Under the pieces are notes generated by a model, which was not told the origin of the DNA, ran no database searches, and saw nothing but the letters and a program-made list of their open reading frames with translations. From Planctomycetota bacterium (GTDB lineage Bacteria; Planctomycetota; PLA2), in contig JAZFYD010000074.1 in assembly GCA_036443405.1 (NCBI GenBank), forward strand, positions 1 to 24,432: DNA of 24,432 nt. The letters are read 5' to 3'. Below are positions 1 through 8,458 of the stretch, one piece after another. Made by a program: the position numbers and the translations under genes. Every line of letters begins with the position of its first letter. Position 1 is the first letter of the stretch.

Positions 1-29
1 TGGGGGTTCGACTCCCCCCCTCGGCACCA
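1..29 (+). tRNA. 3' end of a tRNA, partial at the window edge, possibly tRNA-Leu: T-stem GGGGG, T-loop TTCGACT, CCCCC, 7-nt acceptor strand, discriminator A, encoded CCA
   Basis: GGGGGTTCGACTCCCCC is a canonical T-arm. The next 7 nt (acceptor 3' strand), A and CCA follow directly. It closely resembles the E. coli tRNA-Leu 3' end (GGGGGTTCAAGTCCCCCCCCTCGCACCA). The anticodon is not in the window, so the amino-acid identity is tentative. Confidence 0.6.
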
Positions 30-36
30 AATCGAA

Positions 37-65
37 TCCCCCCTGTCGCTAGGTAAGGGGGTTTT
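37..65 (+). terminator. Rho-independent terminator hairpin after the tRNA
   Basis: A CCCCCC ... GGGGG stem with a 13-nt loop, followed by TTTTT (61-65). Confidence 0.4.
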
Positions 66-182
66 TCGTGCGCGACGGCCGGCAGCGGCGCCGGCCTGCA
101 CGATGCGTGGCGAAGGCGGGCCGAATAGCCACTCGCCCTCATCGCTATACTGCGCAACCCGACCCATCCAACGAGGACCACG

Positions 183-1868
183 ATGAGATTCGCCCTAATC
201 ACTTCACTCTGCTTCGCCGCTCTTGTCGGCTGCAGCGCAAACGAAAGCGACGTCGCCAGCGCGACCGCCAAGGCGCCGCTGCTCAGCGCAACCGACGACC
301 TCGGCACGCTCGTGCCGGCCGACGCGGTCGCGTTTTTGTATCTCCCGGTTCCGGGCGAGTTCCAGACGGCTGTCAAATCACTCGTCTCTGCCATCAACCC
401 GGGCATGGCGGACAAGTTCGACGCGTTCGAGCCGTTTGGCGCGGCGGGCATCGACAAGAACGACATCGACATATCGCGGCCGATGGCCCTCGCGGTCTCG
501 CTGCCTTCCGAGGGACCGCCGCAACCGATTCTCACCTTCATCATCCCGGTGAAGGATGCGCCGGCGAGCCTCGCGGCGCGCGCGGAACGCGGCTTGCCCG
601 GCTCCGCCATCGCGGCCGGCAACTACGTCGGCGTTTCGTTCCATCCGGCATACGCGGCGGGCACGGCCACACCGGCCATCGCCAAGAACCTTGCGGCCGG
701 ACATGTCTGCGCACGTATCGACATGAAGGGGCTGGTCGCGCGTCTCGGACCGATGCTGGATAAATTCTCGAATCCTGCCGCGCTCGCGGCGATCAACCCC
801 GAGATGGCCGCGACGCCGCAGGCCGCCGAGACGCTCGGCGCGATGATGAAGGGCGCGCGGACGTTCCTCGATTCGCTGGACAGCGTGCAGGCGTCCGTGA
901 CGTTTGACGGCGGTGTCGCCGACATCCGCGCCGAGTTGACGATGGTGGAGGGCAGCAAACTCGACATCCCGTTGGCAGGCGGCGGGTTCGGGGATGCGGC
1001 CAAGTCCCTCGCGGCGAAGGACGCCGGGTTTGTGTTCCTCGCGCGTGCGAACTGGTCGTCGATGATGGACCTCATCGAACCCATGCTGCAGGGCCTGGTG
1101 GAGGCGATGCCTCCGGAACAGAAACAGGGCATGGAGCACTACCTCGCCAAGTCGCGCGAGCTCTACGACTCCATGGGCGACACGATGGCAGTCGCCGGCG
1201 ACCTCACGAGCGAAGGCATGGTGATGACGGGCTACGCCAACACCAAGGACGTCAACAAGTACCTCGCCGACTATCGCGAGCTGATCGAGTCTCCGATGAT
1301 GAAGAACTTCGGCGCCGAAACGATGAGCCTGGAACCGGAGACGGTCGACGGCGTCGAGATGCAGCGCTTCACGCTGAAGTTCAACACGCGCGACCTCTTG
1401 GCGCGAAGCGGCGGCGAGGAGCTGTCCCCCGAGGCGATGGAGCAGGCCGAGGCGATGATGGAGAACATGATGAACACCATGTTCGGGCCCGACGGGTTCC
1501 AGTACCGAATCGGCGCGGTCGGCAACAACGTCGTGTTCGCGATGGGCGGCGACAAAGAGAACGCGGCGCGAGCCGTCGAGGCGGCCAAGAACAAGAGCGG
1601 CTCGCTGCCGCCCGCAGCGCAGGCCGCGCTCGATCGCGTGCAGGGCAATGCATCGTTCCTGATGTATGCCGACTGCCGTCAGTTCCTTAGCTGGTCGATG
1701 AACCTCGCGCGCAGCATGCAGCCCGAGCTTCCGATTCCGCCCATCCCGGACGGCCCTGCGGTTCCGCTCCTGATCACGGCGTCCAGCGATGGCGCGACAC
1801 ACGTCATGAACGTGCGGTTGGACATCGCGGGCATCGCCAAGATCATGCCGAGTCCGCAGCCCAGATAG
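183..1868 (+). CDS. Hypothetical lipoprotein, 561 aa, Ala/Met-rich
   Basis: ATG at 183 sits behind a GAGGA ribosome-binding site (172-176). The N-terminus MRFALITSLCFAALVGC has a lipobox (LVGC). The ORF is long, uninterrupted and in the sense frame; the antisense ORF 378..1901 is Arg-rich junk. I recognise no catalytic motif. There are several Met-rich stretches, e.g. AEAMMENMMNTMFGP. Confidence 0.6.
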   Translation: MRFALITSLCFAALVGCSANESDVASATAKAPLLSATDDLGTLVPADAVAFLYLPVPGEFQTAVKSLVSAINPGMADKFDAFEPFGAAGIDKNDIDISRPMALAVSLPSEGPPQPILTFIIPVKDAPASLAARAERGLPGSAIAAGNYVGVSFHPAYAAGTATPAIAKNLAAGHVCARIDMKGLVARLGPMLDKFSNPAALAAINPEMAATPQAAETLGAMMKGARTFLDSLDSVQASVTFDGGVADIRAELTMVEGSKLDIPLAGGGFGDAAKSLAAKDAGFVFLARANWSSMMDLIEPMLQGLVEAMPPEQKQGMEHYLAKSRELYDSMGDTMAVAGDLTSEGMVMTGYANTKDVNKYLADYRELIESPMMKNFGAETMSLEPETVDGVEMQRFTLKFNTRDLLARSGGEELSPEAMEQAEAMMENMMNTMFGPDGFQYRIGAVGNNVVFAMGGDKENAARAVEAAKNKSGSLPPAAQAALDRVQGNASFLMYADCRQFLSWSMNLARSMQPELPIPPIPDGPAVPLLITASSDGATHVMNVRLDIAGIAKIMPSPQPR

Positions 1869-1890
1869 CGCACGCGAAACACGAACACAA

Positions 1891-1922
1891 ACGAGGACCA
1901 CGGGTCATTCCGTGGTCCTCGT
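1891..1922. terminator. Bidirectional terminator hairpin between two convergent genes
   Basis: A perfect 13-bp inverted repeat, ACGAGGACCACGG gtcatt CCGTGGTCCTCGT, followed by TGTTTG. It lies between the stop of the 183..1868 gene and the stop of the 1935..2399 gene. Confidence 0.5.
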
Positions 1923-1934
1923 TGTTTGCGCTTG

Positions 1935-2399
1935 CTACTTGGCGCTTGCCATCAGGAAGTCCCCGAGCTTGCCCAGCGCCGCGGTCCAACCCGCCTGGAT
2001 GATGTCCGGCAGGTAGTGCGGTTCGCGGTCTTCGGGGATGTTGTCGTGGGTTAGCCGCACGCGCGTGGCGCCGTCCTCTTCCAAGAAGTCGACGGTGACC
2101 GTCATCGTGGGGCCGCCCATGGGCGACGCGGACGCGTAGGCTAGGCGTTTAGGCGGATCGAACTCAGTGAATTTCGCCTCGCCCGGGAATTCGCCCATCT
2201 CGCCGAGGGTCATCGTGTGGTTGTAGGCCCCGCCGATCTTCGGCTCGATCTCGCTCTTCACCGCGGTGGTCTGCGCGCAGCCCCACCATTGCTGCACCTT
2301 GCTGGTCGCGATCCACGCGTCGAACACCACCTCCCGCGGTGCGTCGTAGTGGCGCGTGATCGTCAGTGTGCCGCCGTCAAAACTCGCTTCCGTACTCAT
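1935..2399 (-). CDS. SRPBCC-superfamily protein (activator of Hsp90 ATPase AHSA1-like domain)
   Basis: 154 aa. The N-terminal pattern is LTITRHYDAPREVVFDAWIATSKVQQWW. The size and the typical pairing with an ArsR regulator gene immediately upstream on the same strand fit the AHSA1/SRPBCC family. Confidence 0.75.
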   Translation of the reverse strand: MSTEASFDGGTLTITRHYDAPREVVFDAWIATSKVQQWWGCAQTTAVKSEIEPKIGGAYNHTMTLGEMGEFPGEAKFTEFDPPKRLAYASASPMGGPTMTVTVDFLEEDGATRVRLTHDNIPEDREPHYLPDIIQAGWTAALGKLGDFLMASAK

Positions 2400-2415
2400 G
2401 ACCGGTGCTACTCCT

Positions 2416-2775
2416 TTACGTGCCCTTCTGGTTCTTCAGATCACGTTCTTGCAGGTATTCGTCCACGGCATCGAACTGCCGCTGCCAGTACTTCGCATAG
2501 GTCGCGATCCAACCGCGCGCCTCTTCGATGGGCCGCGGGTCGACTTTGATGTGGTGCTCCCGCCCGCGCCTCGTGCGGCGAATCAACCCCGCGCGCTCGA
2601 GAACGCGCAGGTGCTTGGAGATCGCGGGTTGCGAAACGTCATAGGGCGCCGCCAGGGCCGAGACGTTCGTTTCACCCTCGGAGAGCTGCGCGAGCATCCC
2701 GCGCCGTGTGGGATCCGAAAGCGCCCCGAAGACCCGGTCGAGCTCGACCTCCGCACCAGGCTGTTTCATAACCAT
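2416..2775 (-). CDS. ArsR/SmtB-family winged-helix transcriptional regulator
   Basis: It carries the family's HTH signature: LSDPTRRGMLAQLSEGETNVSALAAPYDVSQPAISKHLRVLERAGLI. The start is placed at the first ATG of MVMKQ (2775); the ORF frame stays open upstream to 2826. Confidence 0.8.
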   Translation of the reverse strand: MVMKQPGAEVELDRVFGALSDPTRRGMLAQLSEGETNVSALAAPYDVSQPAISKHLRVLERAGLIRRTRRGREHHIKVDPRPIEEARGWIATYAKYWQRQFDAVDEYLQERDLKNQKGT

Positions 2776-2784
2776 ATGGTTATG
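2767..2784. promoter_or_regulatory. Perfect 18-bp palindrome CATAACCATATGGTTATG overlapping the ArsR start codon; candidate operator
   Basis: The sequence equals its own reverse complement. It is AT-rich in an otherwise GC-rich context and contains the ATG GTT ATG start codons of the regulator. ArsR-family dimers bind this kind of dyad. Confidence 0.45.
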
Positions 2785-2924
2785 TGTTAGTGCGGCCGGC
2801 CCGCGGGCGCAAGGCTCTTCTTGCATCTACCCACTTTCCGGCTTGCCAACGCGCACGCATGCGATACGTTGCCCCGTTGGGACCGACGTTGTCCCCGCAC
2901 AAACGGAAAACTCAGGACAGAAAG

Positions 2925-3056
2925 TGATGATCGAGAGATTCCCCACGGCCAGCGGCCGATCCGACCTGCGCTCCTTCGACCACGGTCGCCAGGCGCAAAA
3001 AGGCCGGAATCCCGGCGGCAAACGCGGCACCCGCGGCCGCCGCCGCCCGCGCGGCT
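2925..3056 (+). CDS. Possible small ORF (43 aa) with an Arg-rich C-terminus; speculative
   Basis: ATG preceded by AGGACAGAAAGTG (an AGGA ribosome-binding site). It encodes MIERFPTASGRSDLRSFDHGRQAQKGRNPGGKRGTRGRRRPRG. Its stop abuts the tandem repeat. There is no homology support, and in GC-rich DNA it could be chance. Confidence 0.2.
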
Positions 3057-3058
3057 AG

Positions 3059-3142
3059 GCTGGCTCAACGGCTGACGCCGTAGTGATGCTGGCTCAACGG
3101 CTGACGCCGCAGTGATGCTGGCTCAACGGCTGACGCCGTTGA
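3059..3142. repeat. Tandem repeat of 29 bp x 2.9 (GCTGGCTCAACGGCTGACGCCGYAGTGAT), each unit holding the CAACGGC-TGAC-GCCGTTG hairpin
   Basis: Read directly from the sequence. Copies start at 3059 and 3088, and a truncated third copy at 3117 has the perfect 7-bp stem. The array lies between the convergent small ORF and the GNAT gene. Confidence 0.85.
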
Positions 3143-3176
3143 AGCGTGTTCCGGTAGCGCAGCCCGCGGACGTTGG

Positions 3177-3686
3177 CTAGAGCGCCTTGCGCAACTCCCA
3201 GAGGTCGCGCAAATCCACGCCGTCGATGCCCTCACGCGTCTTGTGCGACTTCACGCGCCGCACCTCGTCCATCGCGTCGTGATGGAGCCGCATCAGCCGG
3301 TACCCGCGGCGGACATAGAAGCCGAGCGCGGCCGCGTTGTCGTTGGTCGTCATCAGCATCATCTCGGACACGCCGCGTGATTGGCACTCGCGCTCCGCGG
3401 CTGCGAGCAGATCGGAGCCGTACCCGCGGCCGTGCTCGAACGCATCCAGCGTCACGATCTCGGCGCGCACGCCGTCGATGGCCCAGGTCACGAGTGCCTT
3501 TGCGTGCGCGTCGTCTCCGGCGGCGCTCGGCACGATCAGACCTTCGACATCCGCGGGGTAGTAATGCCGCGGGATCGAGACGATGGGAATCCCCCACTCG
3601 CTCCACACGCGCTCGATCAGTTCCGTCGATGCGCGCGTGATTTCGGGAGAAGAGCGCTCGGGGCCAGCCATGCCAGCCCCGAGCAT
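3177..3686 (-). CDS. GNAT-family N-acetyltransferase
   Basis: 169 aa with acetyl-CoA-binding motif A (HGRGYGSDLL) followed by NDNAAALGFYVRRGY. The start may instead be the internal Met at MAGPER. Confidence 0.8.
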   Translation of the reverse strand: MLGAGMAGPERSSPEITRASTELIERVWSEWGIPIVSIPRHYYPADVEGLIVPSAAGDDAHAKALVTWAIDGVRAEIVTLDAFEHGRGYGSDLLAAAERECQSRGVSEMMLMTTNDNAAALGFYVRRGYRLMRLHHDAMDEVRRVKSHKTREGIDGVDLRDLWELRKAL

Positions 3687-3717
3687 ACCCGTCTTTCCTG
3701 AGAGGTTTTCTCTCCGT

Positions 3718-4971
3718 CTACCTGGCCGTCCAGTCCCGTGTCAGCACGAGGCTAGTCCCGGCAACGGCCAGCACGCAGTCATTGCCGTAGCCGACTTCGT
3801 GCCGCCGTGTCTTGTTGGTGTTCGCGGCGCGCGTTTTCTGTTCCTCCGCGATGGCGCCGTCGATCGTGGAAAGGAAGTTCGCCATCGTTTTGTCGTCGCA
3901 CACGGGCGCGGCTTTCTCGCTCTTGCCCGTCGGCTCGACGGCCCGGGCGAGACGTGCCTCGAGCGCAACGGACGTCGCCAGCGAGTCCAGATGCGCCCGG
4001 AATATCCTGGAGTGGGCGAAGGCACGCGCGGCCGTGGGTTGGCCGTTGATCGCGTAGGCGAATCCCACCGGCGGATGCGCCGATTCGATCTGCGCAACGA
4101 GTCGATCTCGAACCACGTCGAACGTCGTGTCCGCCACGTCCTCGGGAACTTCGAGCACCTCGGTCAGGCTTGTGTTGAACGTCAGCCTCACTCTGACGGG
4201 CTCGCTCATGATGATCTCGATCTCGCTCGACGCCGGGACGTCAGACGCTCGCACGAACGACTCCTGCACGACGGTTCGCGAGTTCGCGACCTCCTCCCAT
4301 ACCTTGGCCTGGTCCTTGTCGTAGCAGTGCTTCCGCACGTCCTTGGGGGCCAGGCCCCTCGACGCGAGAAACAGCCCTTCGGTGTCGATACCACCGCGTG
4401 ACGCAGTCCAGCGTCCCCGCTCGACACAAAACGCATCCACGGGCACGGTGGCGCCGGCCTGAATCACAAAGTCCTGGCCGATCTGCCGGTCTTGCTTCCC
4501 GCCTTTGACGACGGTGCCCGCCAGAACCAGGATGGGCTTGTCGCCCTTGTTTTCGATCACGAGCGTGTCCACACGCGCGGATCTCCCTTCGAGCTGCTGA
4601 ACCACTTCCTCCAGCACCTCCTCGACATCCTCATCGGTTTGCGCCGTTTCGAGCGACTCCGGGATGTTGATGTCGGGAATCTCGTCGTTCTCGGTACCCG
4701 CGGCATCGAGTTCGCGGACTACCGCGAGGTTCTTCTGCTGCGCCTGTTCCAGCGTCACGAACTCACCGGGGTCGTCCGGCTCCGCTTCGGGGTAGATCGG
4801 CCACACCGTGAGGTTGCCGGTGCTCATGGGCCGGCCCAGAAAGAGCCCGCCACCGAGTTGAGCGACGGCCTGGGGCCCTCCCCGAACTTCCGGCGTGGGC
4901 TGTTGCTCCGAACAAGCTGCAACGAGCACTGCCAAGACACCAACTGCGAACCAACGCGTGACTCCACTCAT
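3718..4971 (-). CDS. Hypothetical lipoprotein, 417 aa
   Basis: N-terminus MSGVTRWFAVGVLAVLVAAC with lipobox LVAAC. Acidic linker, then beta-rich regions (PILVLAGTVVKGGKQDRQIGQDFVIQAG...FCVERGRW). The stop is 31 bp upstream of the GNAT start, so the two are probably co-transcribed. Confidence 0.6.
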   Translation of the reverse strand: MSGVTRWFAVGVLAVLVAACSEQQPTPEVRGGPQAVAQLGGGLFLGRPMSTGNLTVWPIYPEAEPDDPGEFVTLEQAQQKNLAVVRELDAAGTENDEIPDINIPESLETAQTDEDVEEVLEEVVQQLEGRSARVDTLVIENKGDKPILVLAGTVVKGGKQDRQIGQDFVIQAGATVPVDAFCVERGRWTASRGGIDTEGLFLASRGLAPKDVRKHCYDKDQAKVWEEVANSRTVVQESFVRASDVPASSEIEIIMSEPVRVRLTFNTSLTEVLEVPEDVADTTFDVVRDRLVAQIESAHPPVGFAYAINGQPTAARAFAHSRIFRAHLDSLATSVALEARLARAVEPTGKSEKAAPVCDDKTMANFLSTIDGAIAEEQKTRAANTNKTRRHEVGYGNDCVLAVAGTSLVLTRDWTAR

Positions 4972-5138
4972 GGGTCACCTCCTAGCTGTTGTTCTGCGAG
5001 CGGCCGACAACCCCAACATACGTAGGTTGGACGCGGCCGCGCGACTCGGCCCTGTAAAAACCGCGAGATCCCGTCGGGAACTTCATCCGCCCGAATTCGT
5101 CCAACGCCGCGACCCATCGGCCAACGAGGTAAAGCAAG

Positions 5139-6665
5139 ATGATGAACTCGATACGGATCGCCCTCGCGGCGATCTTTTACGCAACGCTGTTCCCGGCGAG
5201 CGCCGCAGTTGCCGGTGAGCGCACGGCCGAAGGCGTCGGCCTGACCATCTACAGCGCCCCGCATCGCGCGCAGCAACAGATCTACAACCCCTCCACGCGC
5301 CGCTGGGAACTGCCGCCGCAGGGTTACGCCATCGTCAAGGAGTGGCGCAAGATGGAGCTGAAGGCGGGCGCGAACACGCTGCGCTTTCAGGACGTCGCCG
5401 CGCGCATCGACGCGACGACGGTGCACTTCAAGTCGGTGACGGACCCCGACGGCACCGCTGTTCTCGAGCAGAACTACGAATACGACCTCGTCAGCGCCGA
5501 CAAGATCCTCTCGAAGTACATTGGCCGCGCGCTCACCCTCGATCTCGCCGACAACAAGACCGCCGCCGGCACCCTGCTGAGTTACGACGCCTCGCAGATC
5601 GTGCTGCAGACCGACGACGCTGCCACGCCGATTCAGATCCTGCAGCGCGGCAACAACGTAAAGAACATCCGATTCGGCGCGCTGCCCGGCGGTTTGATCA
5701 CCAAACCGACGCTCGTCTGGATGCTCGACGCCGAAAAAGCAGGCACGCACCTCGTGAAGGTGACCTATCAGACGTCCGCGATGAGCTGGAACGCCGACTA
5801 CACCGCCGTGATCTCCGCCAACGACAAGGCCCTGGATCTCAGCGCGTGGGTCACGATCAAGAACCAGTCCGGGGCGAGCTATGACAACGCGCAACTCAAG
5901 CTGGTGGCCGGCGACGTGCATCGCGCTCCGGCGCCGGGATCCCCTGCGGCACCCGGGGCCGCGTTTCTCGGCGCGAAACGCAGGGCGGGCCAGGCGGGCT
6001 TTCAGGAGAAGTCGTTTTTCGAGTACCACCTCTACACGCTCGGGCGCAAGACGACGCTGGCCGACCGCTCGATCAAACAGATCGAACTGTTCCCGCCCGT
6101 CGAGGGCGTGACCGCCCGCAAGGTCTTTCTCTACTACGGCGGCGCGGGCCGGCACTCCTACGGCGGCGGGCCGTATCTCGACCGCAACTACGGCATCACG
6201 TCCAACTCCAAGGTCGATATCTACCTGCTGTTCAAGAACAAGAAGGAGTTCGGCCTCGGACTGCCGCTGCCCGCGGGCCGCGTGCGGGTCTACAAGATGG
6301 ACGAAGCGGACGACTCGCTCGAGTTCATCGGCGAGGACGCGATCGACCACACGCCGAAGGACGAGACCGTCCAGCTCAAGCTCGGAAGCGCGTTCGACAT
6401 CATCGGCGAGCGCAAGCAGACCGACTTCCAGGTCAACTACAACGCCCACTGGATGAAGGAGAGCTTCGAGATCCGCCTCCGGAATCACAAGGAGACCGAC
6501 GTCGAGGTCATCGTGAAGGAGAACATGTACCGCTGGGCCAACTGGAGCATCCGGGATCAGAGCCACGCGTTCTCCAAGGAGGACGCACGGACGGTTCACT
6601 TCCCGCTGAAAGTGAAAAAGGACGGGGAGACGGTGCTGCGGTACACGGTGACGTACACCTGGTAA
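5139..6665 (+). CDS. Secreted DUF4139-like (MuiA/TIGR02231-type) protein, 508 aa
   Basis: A GAGG ribosome-binding site 10 nt upstream. Signal peptide MMNSIRIALAAIFYATLFPASAAVA. The C-terminal half has a pattern I associate with DUF4139 (LPLPAGRVRVYKMDEADDSLEFIGEDAIDHTPKDETVQLKLGSAFDIIGERK). The domain assignment is from memory, not a search. Confidence 0.55.
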   Translation: MMNSIRIALAAIFYATLFPASAAVAGERTAEGVGLTIYSAPHRAQQQIYNPSTRRWELPPQGYAIVKEWRKMELKAGANTLRFQDVAARIDATTVHFKSVTDPDGTAVLEQNYEYDLVSADKILSKYIGRALTLDLADNKTAAGTLLSYDASQIVLQTDDAATPIQILQRGNNVKNIRFGALPGGLITKPTLVWMLDAEKAGTHLVKVTYQTSAMSWNADYTAVISANDKALDLSAWVTIKNQSGASYDNAQLKLVAGDVHRAPAPGSPAAPGAAFLGAKRRAGQAGFQEKSFFEYHLYTLGRKTTLADRSIKQIELFPPVEGVTARKVFLYYGGAGRHSYGGGPYLDRNYGITSNSKVDIYLLFKNKKEFGLGLPLPAGRVRVYKMDEADDSLEFIGEDAIDHTPKDETVQLKLGSAFDIIGERKQTDFQVNYNAHWMKESFEIRLRNHKETDVEVIVKENMYRWANWSIRDQSHAFSKEDARTVHFPLKVKKDGETVLRYTVTYTW

Positions 6666-6772
6666 GCCTCGGAAACAATTGCACGCGATCCGTCCCACGA
6701 TCGGCGGATCGCGCAGGTAATTGGGGATTCAACTCCTTGGGGGCGGGCGGCACACGAGCGATAATCCCTCCC

Positions 6773-8380
6773 GTGCGCATCGCTCTTTTTCACGGCTACG
6801 AGCTGACGGGTTCCGGCAGCAACGAATACACACGCTATCTCGCCGCCGCGCTTCACGACGCGGGCCATGAGGTCCACCTGCTTTGCCGTGAGCCGAAGCC
6901 CGCCGACATTTCCGGCGTCGCCGAAGCGTATGACTGGGACGTGCGGGGCCGACCCCAGCAGATGTTTCAGCGTGGCGGCGCCGGCGTCATCGTGCACCGG
7001 CTCCCCCACGCGCCGACCCGGCCGGTCTTTCTCACCGACAAGCAGCGCCACGGCAACGTGAAGTCGTTCGCGGAACTCAGCGACGCCGAGTTGCGCGAGT
7101 ACCACGACATCTCCGTGCGGGCCGTGACCGCGGTGTTGCGCAAGCACCCCGTCGACGTGCTGCACGCCAACCACGTCGTCTATCAGCCGATGGTCGCGCG
7201 CGACGCTTGCGCCGCGACGAACACCCCGTACATCGTCTTTCCGCACGGGAGTTCGATCGAGTACACACTTCGGCAGGACGAACGCTATCGCGAGCCGGCG
7301 TTGCAGGCGATGCTTTCAGCCCACGCGATCATCAGCGGCAGCGAGGAGGTCAAGCAGCGCATTCTCGATCTCTATCCGGACGATGCGCCGGCGCTCGCGG
7401 CGCGCACGCAGATCGTGGGTGTCGGCGTCGATACCGCTTTGTTCACGCCCGTGGCGCCGTCCGGTCGCGACACGGCGATCGCGCCGTTGCTTCGCGGCGG
7501 ACCCTATCTCGGCAAGTCGCCGGTGCTCGCCCGTGATCTCGCCGCCAAGCTGAATCGCGGCGACATCGATTCGGTGCGGGAGTACCGCGACGCCTACGAT
7601 CACAGCCAACCGGATGAGGATCTCGGGACCAAACTCGCGTCGATCTCTTGGGACGATCCGCTGCTGCTGTTTGTCGGCGCGCTGACCGCGGGCAAGGGCC
7701 TGCAGAGCTTGATCGCCGCGCTTCCCGAACTCGGCCGCACGCACCCGGGAGTTCGGTTGGCGATCGTCGGCAGCGGCGCGTACCGCGAAACCCTGGAGGC
7801 GCTCGTGCACGCGATCACTACTGGGAACGAACGGCTGCTCGACGGGTTGGTCGAAGCCGGCTGGGATCTCGATCGCAGCGCAGAGACCGGACCGTGGAAG
7901 GACGTCGCGAGCTATCTCGCAGACCGTCGAAATCGAGAACTCCTGTTGACTGCCGGCGCGGGCTTCAGAAACCGTGTTCTGTTTTTGGGCCGCCTCGATC
8001 ACACGCGCTTGCAACACCTGTTTCCGTGTGCCGACGTCGCTGTGTTTCCGAGCCAGATCCCCGAGGCGTATCCGCTGGTTCTGATTGAGGCGCTGGCCAA
8101 CGGAGTGATCCCGGCCGTGTCGGATTTCAGCGGCTTCCACGACGGCCTCGCAACGCTGGAACCGCTACTTGGCGCGCGCTGGGTGGACCGCATGCGCTTG
8201 CCGGTCCGCGACGACGGCCGCATCGAGGGAATCGCAAACGGGATCGGACAGATCCTCGCCGATCCCGAACGTTCGGCCCTCCTTCCGAAGCTGCGCGAGA
8301 TTGCCGTCGAACACTTCGACTGGTCCGTGCGCGCCAAACAGATGGCGGACGCGTATGCGGCCGCGATCGCCGGCGGGTAG
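6773..8380 (+). CDS. Glycosyltransferase family 4 (GT-B fold)
   Basis: The N-terminus RIALFHGYELTGSGSNEYTRYLAAALHDAGHEVHLL is a GT4 start. The C-terminal nucleotide-sugar motif is FPSQIPEAYPLVLIEALANGVIP (E-x7-E). The GTG at 6773 is chosen as start; the frame is open back to TTG 6737. Confidence 0.7.
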   Translation: MRIALFHGYELTGSGSNEYTRYLAAALHDAGHEVHLLCREPKPADISGVAEAYDWDVRGRPQQMFQRGGAGVIVHRLPHAPTRPVFLTDKQRHGNVKSFAELSDAELREYHDISVRAVTAVLRKHPVDVLHANHVVYQPMVARDACAATNTPYIVFPHGSSIEYTLRQDERYREPALQAMLSAHAIISGSEEVKQRILDLYPDDAPALAARTQIVGVGVDTALFTPVAPSGRDTAIAPLLRGGPYLGKSPVLARDLAAKLNRGDIDSVREYRDAYDHSQPDEDLGTKLASISWDDPLLLFVGALTAGKGLQSLIAALPELGRTHPGVRLAIVGSGAYRETLEALVHAITTGNERLLDGLVEAGWDLDRSAETGPWKDVASYLADRRNRELLLTAGAGFRNRVLFLGRLDHTRLQHLFPCADVAVFPSQIPEAYPLVLIEALANGVIPAVSDFSGFHDGLATLEPLLGARWVDRMRLPVRDDGRIEGIANGIGQILADPERSALLPKLREIAVEHFDWSVRAKQMADAYAAAIAGG

Positions 8381-8392
8381 GTAGTGAAAGCC

Positions 8393-8419
8393 TGAAGCTC
8401 CCCCTACGGAGGAGCTTCA
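8393..8419. terminator. Hairpin between the convergent GT4 and flotillin genes
   Basis: A 9-bp inverted repeat, TGAAGCTCC ccctacgga GGAGCTTCA, with no strong U-tract. Confidence 0.35.
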
Positions 8420-8458
8420 AATCTGCAGAACGGAGAGTCGGAGGCACTAGCCTCGGTT

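Noticed and set aside
378-1901. 507-aa ORF on the - strand
   Set aside because: It is antisense to the lipoprotein gene and has the same Arg-rich artefact composition. It also runs through the terminator hairpin.
171-1902. 12-mer ACGAGGACCACG shared by the RBS region at 171-182 and the terminator stem at 1891-1902
   Set aside because: It is a single short coincidence and there are no further copies in the window. It is probably chance given the base composition.
3059-3142. Possible CRISPR array
   Set aside because: The 29-bp units are directly adjacent with no spacers, there are fewer than 3 full copies, and there are no cas genes. It is a simple tandem repeat, not CRISPR.
4968-6698. 576-aa ORF on the - strand
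   Set aside because: It is antisense to the DUF4139-like gene, which has an RBS, a signal peptide and a family motif. The - strand product is Arg-rich junk.
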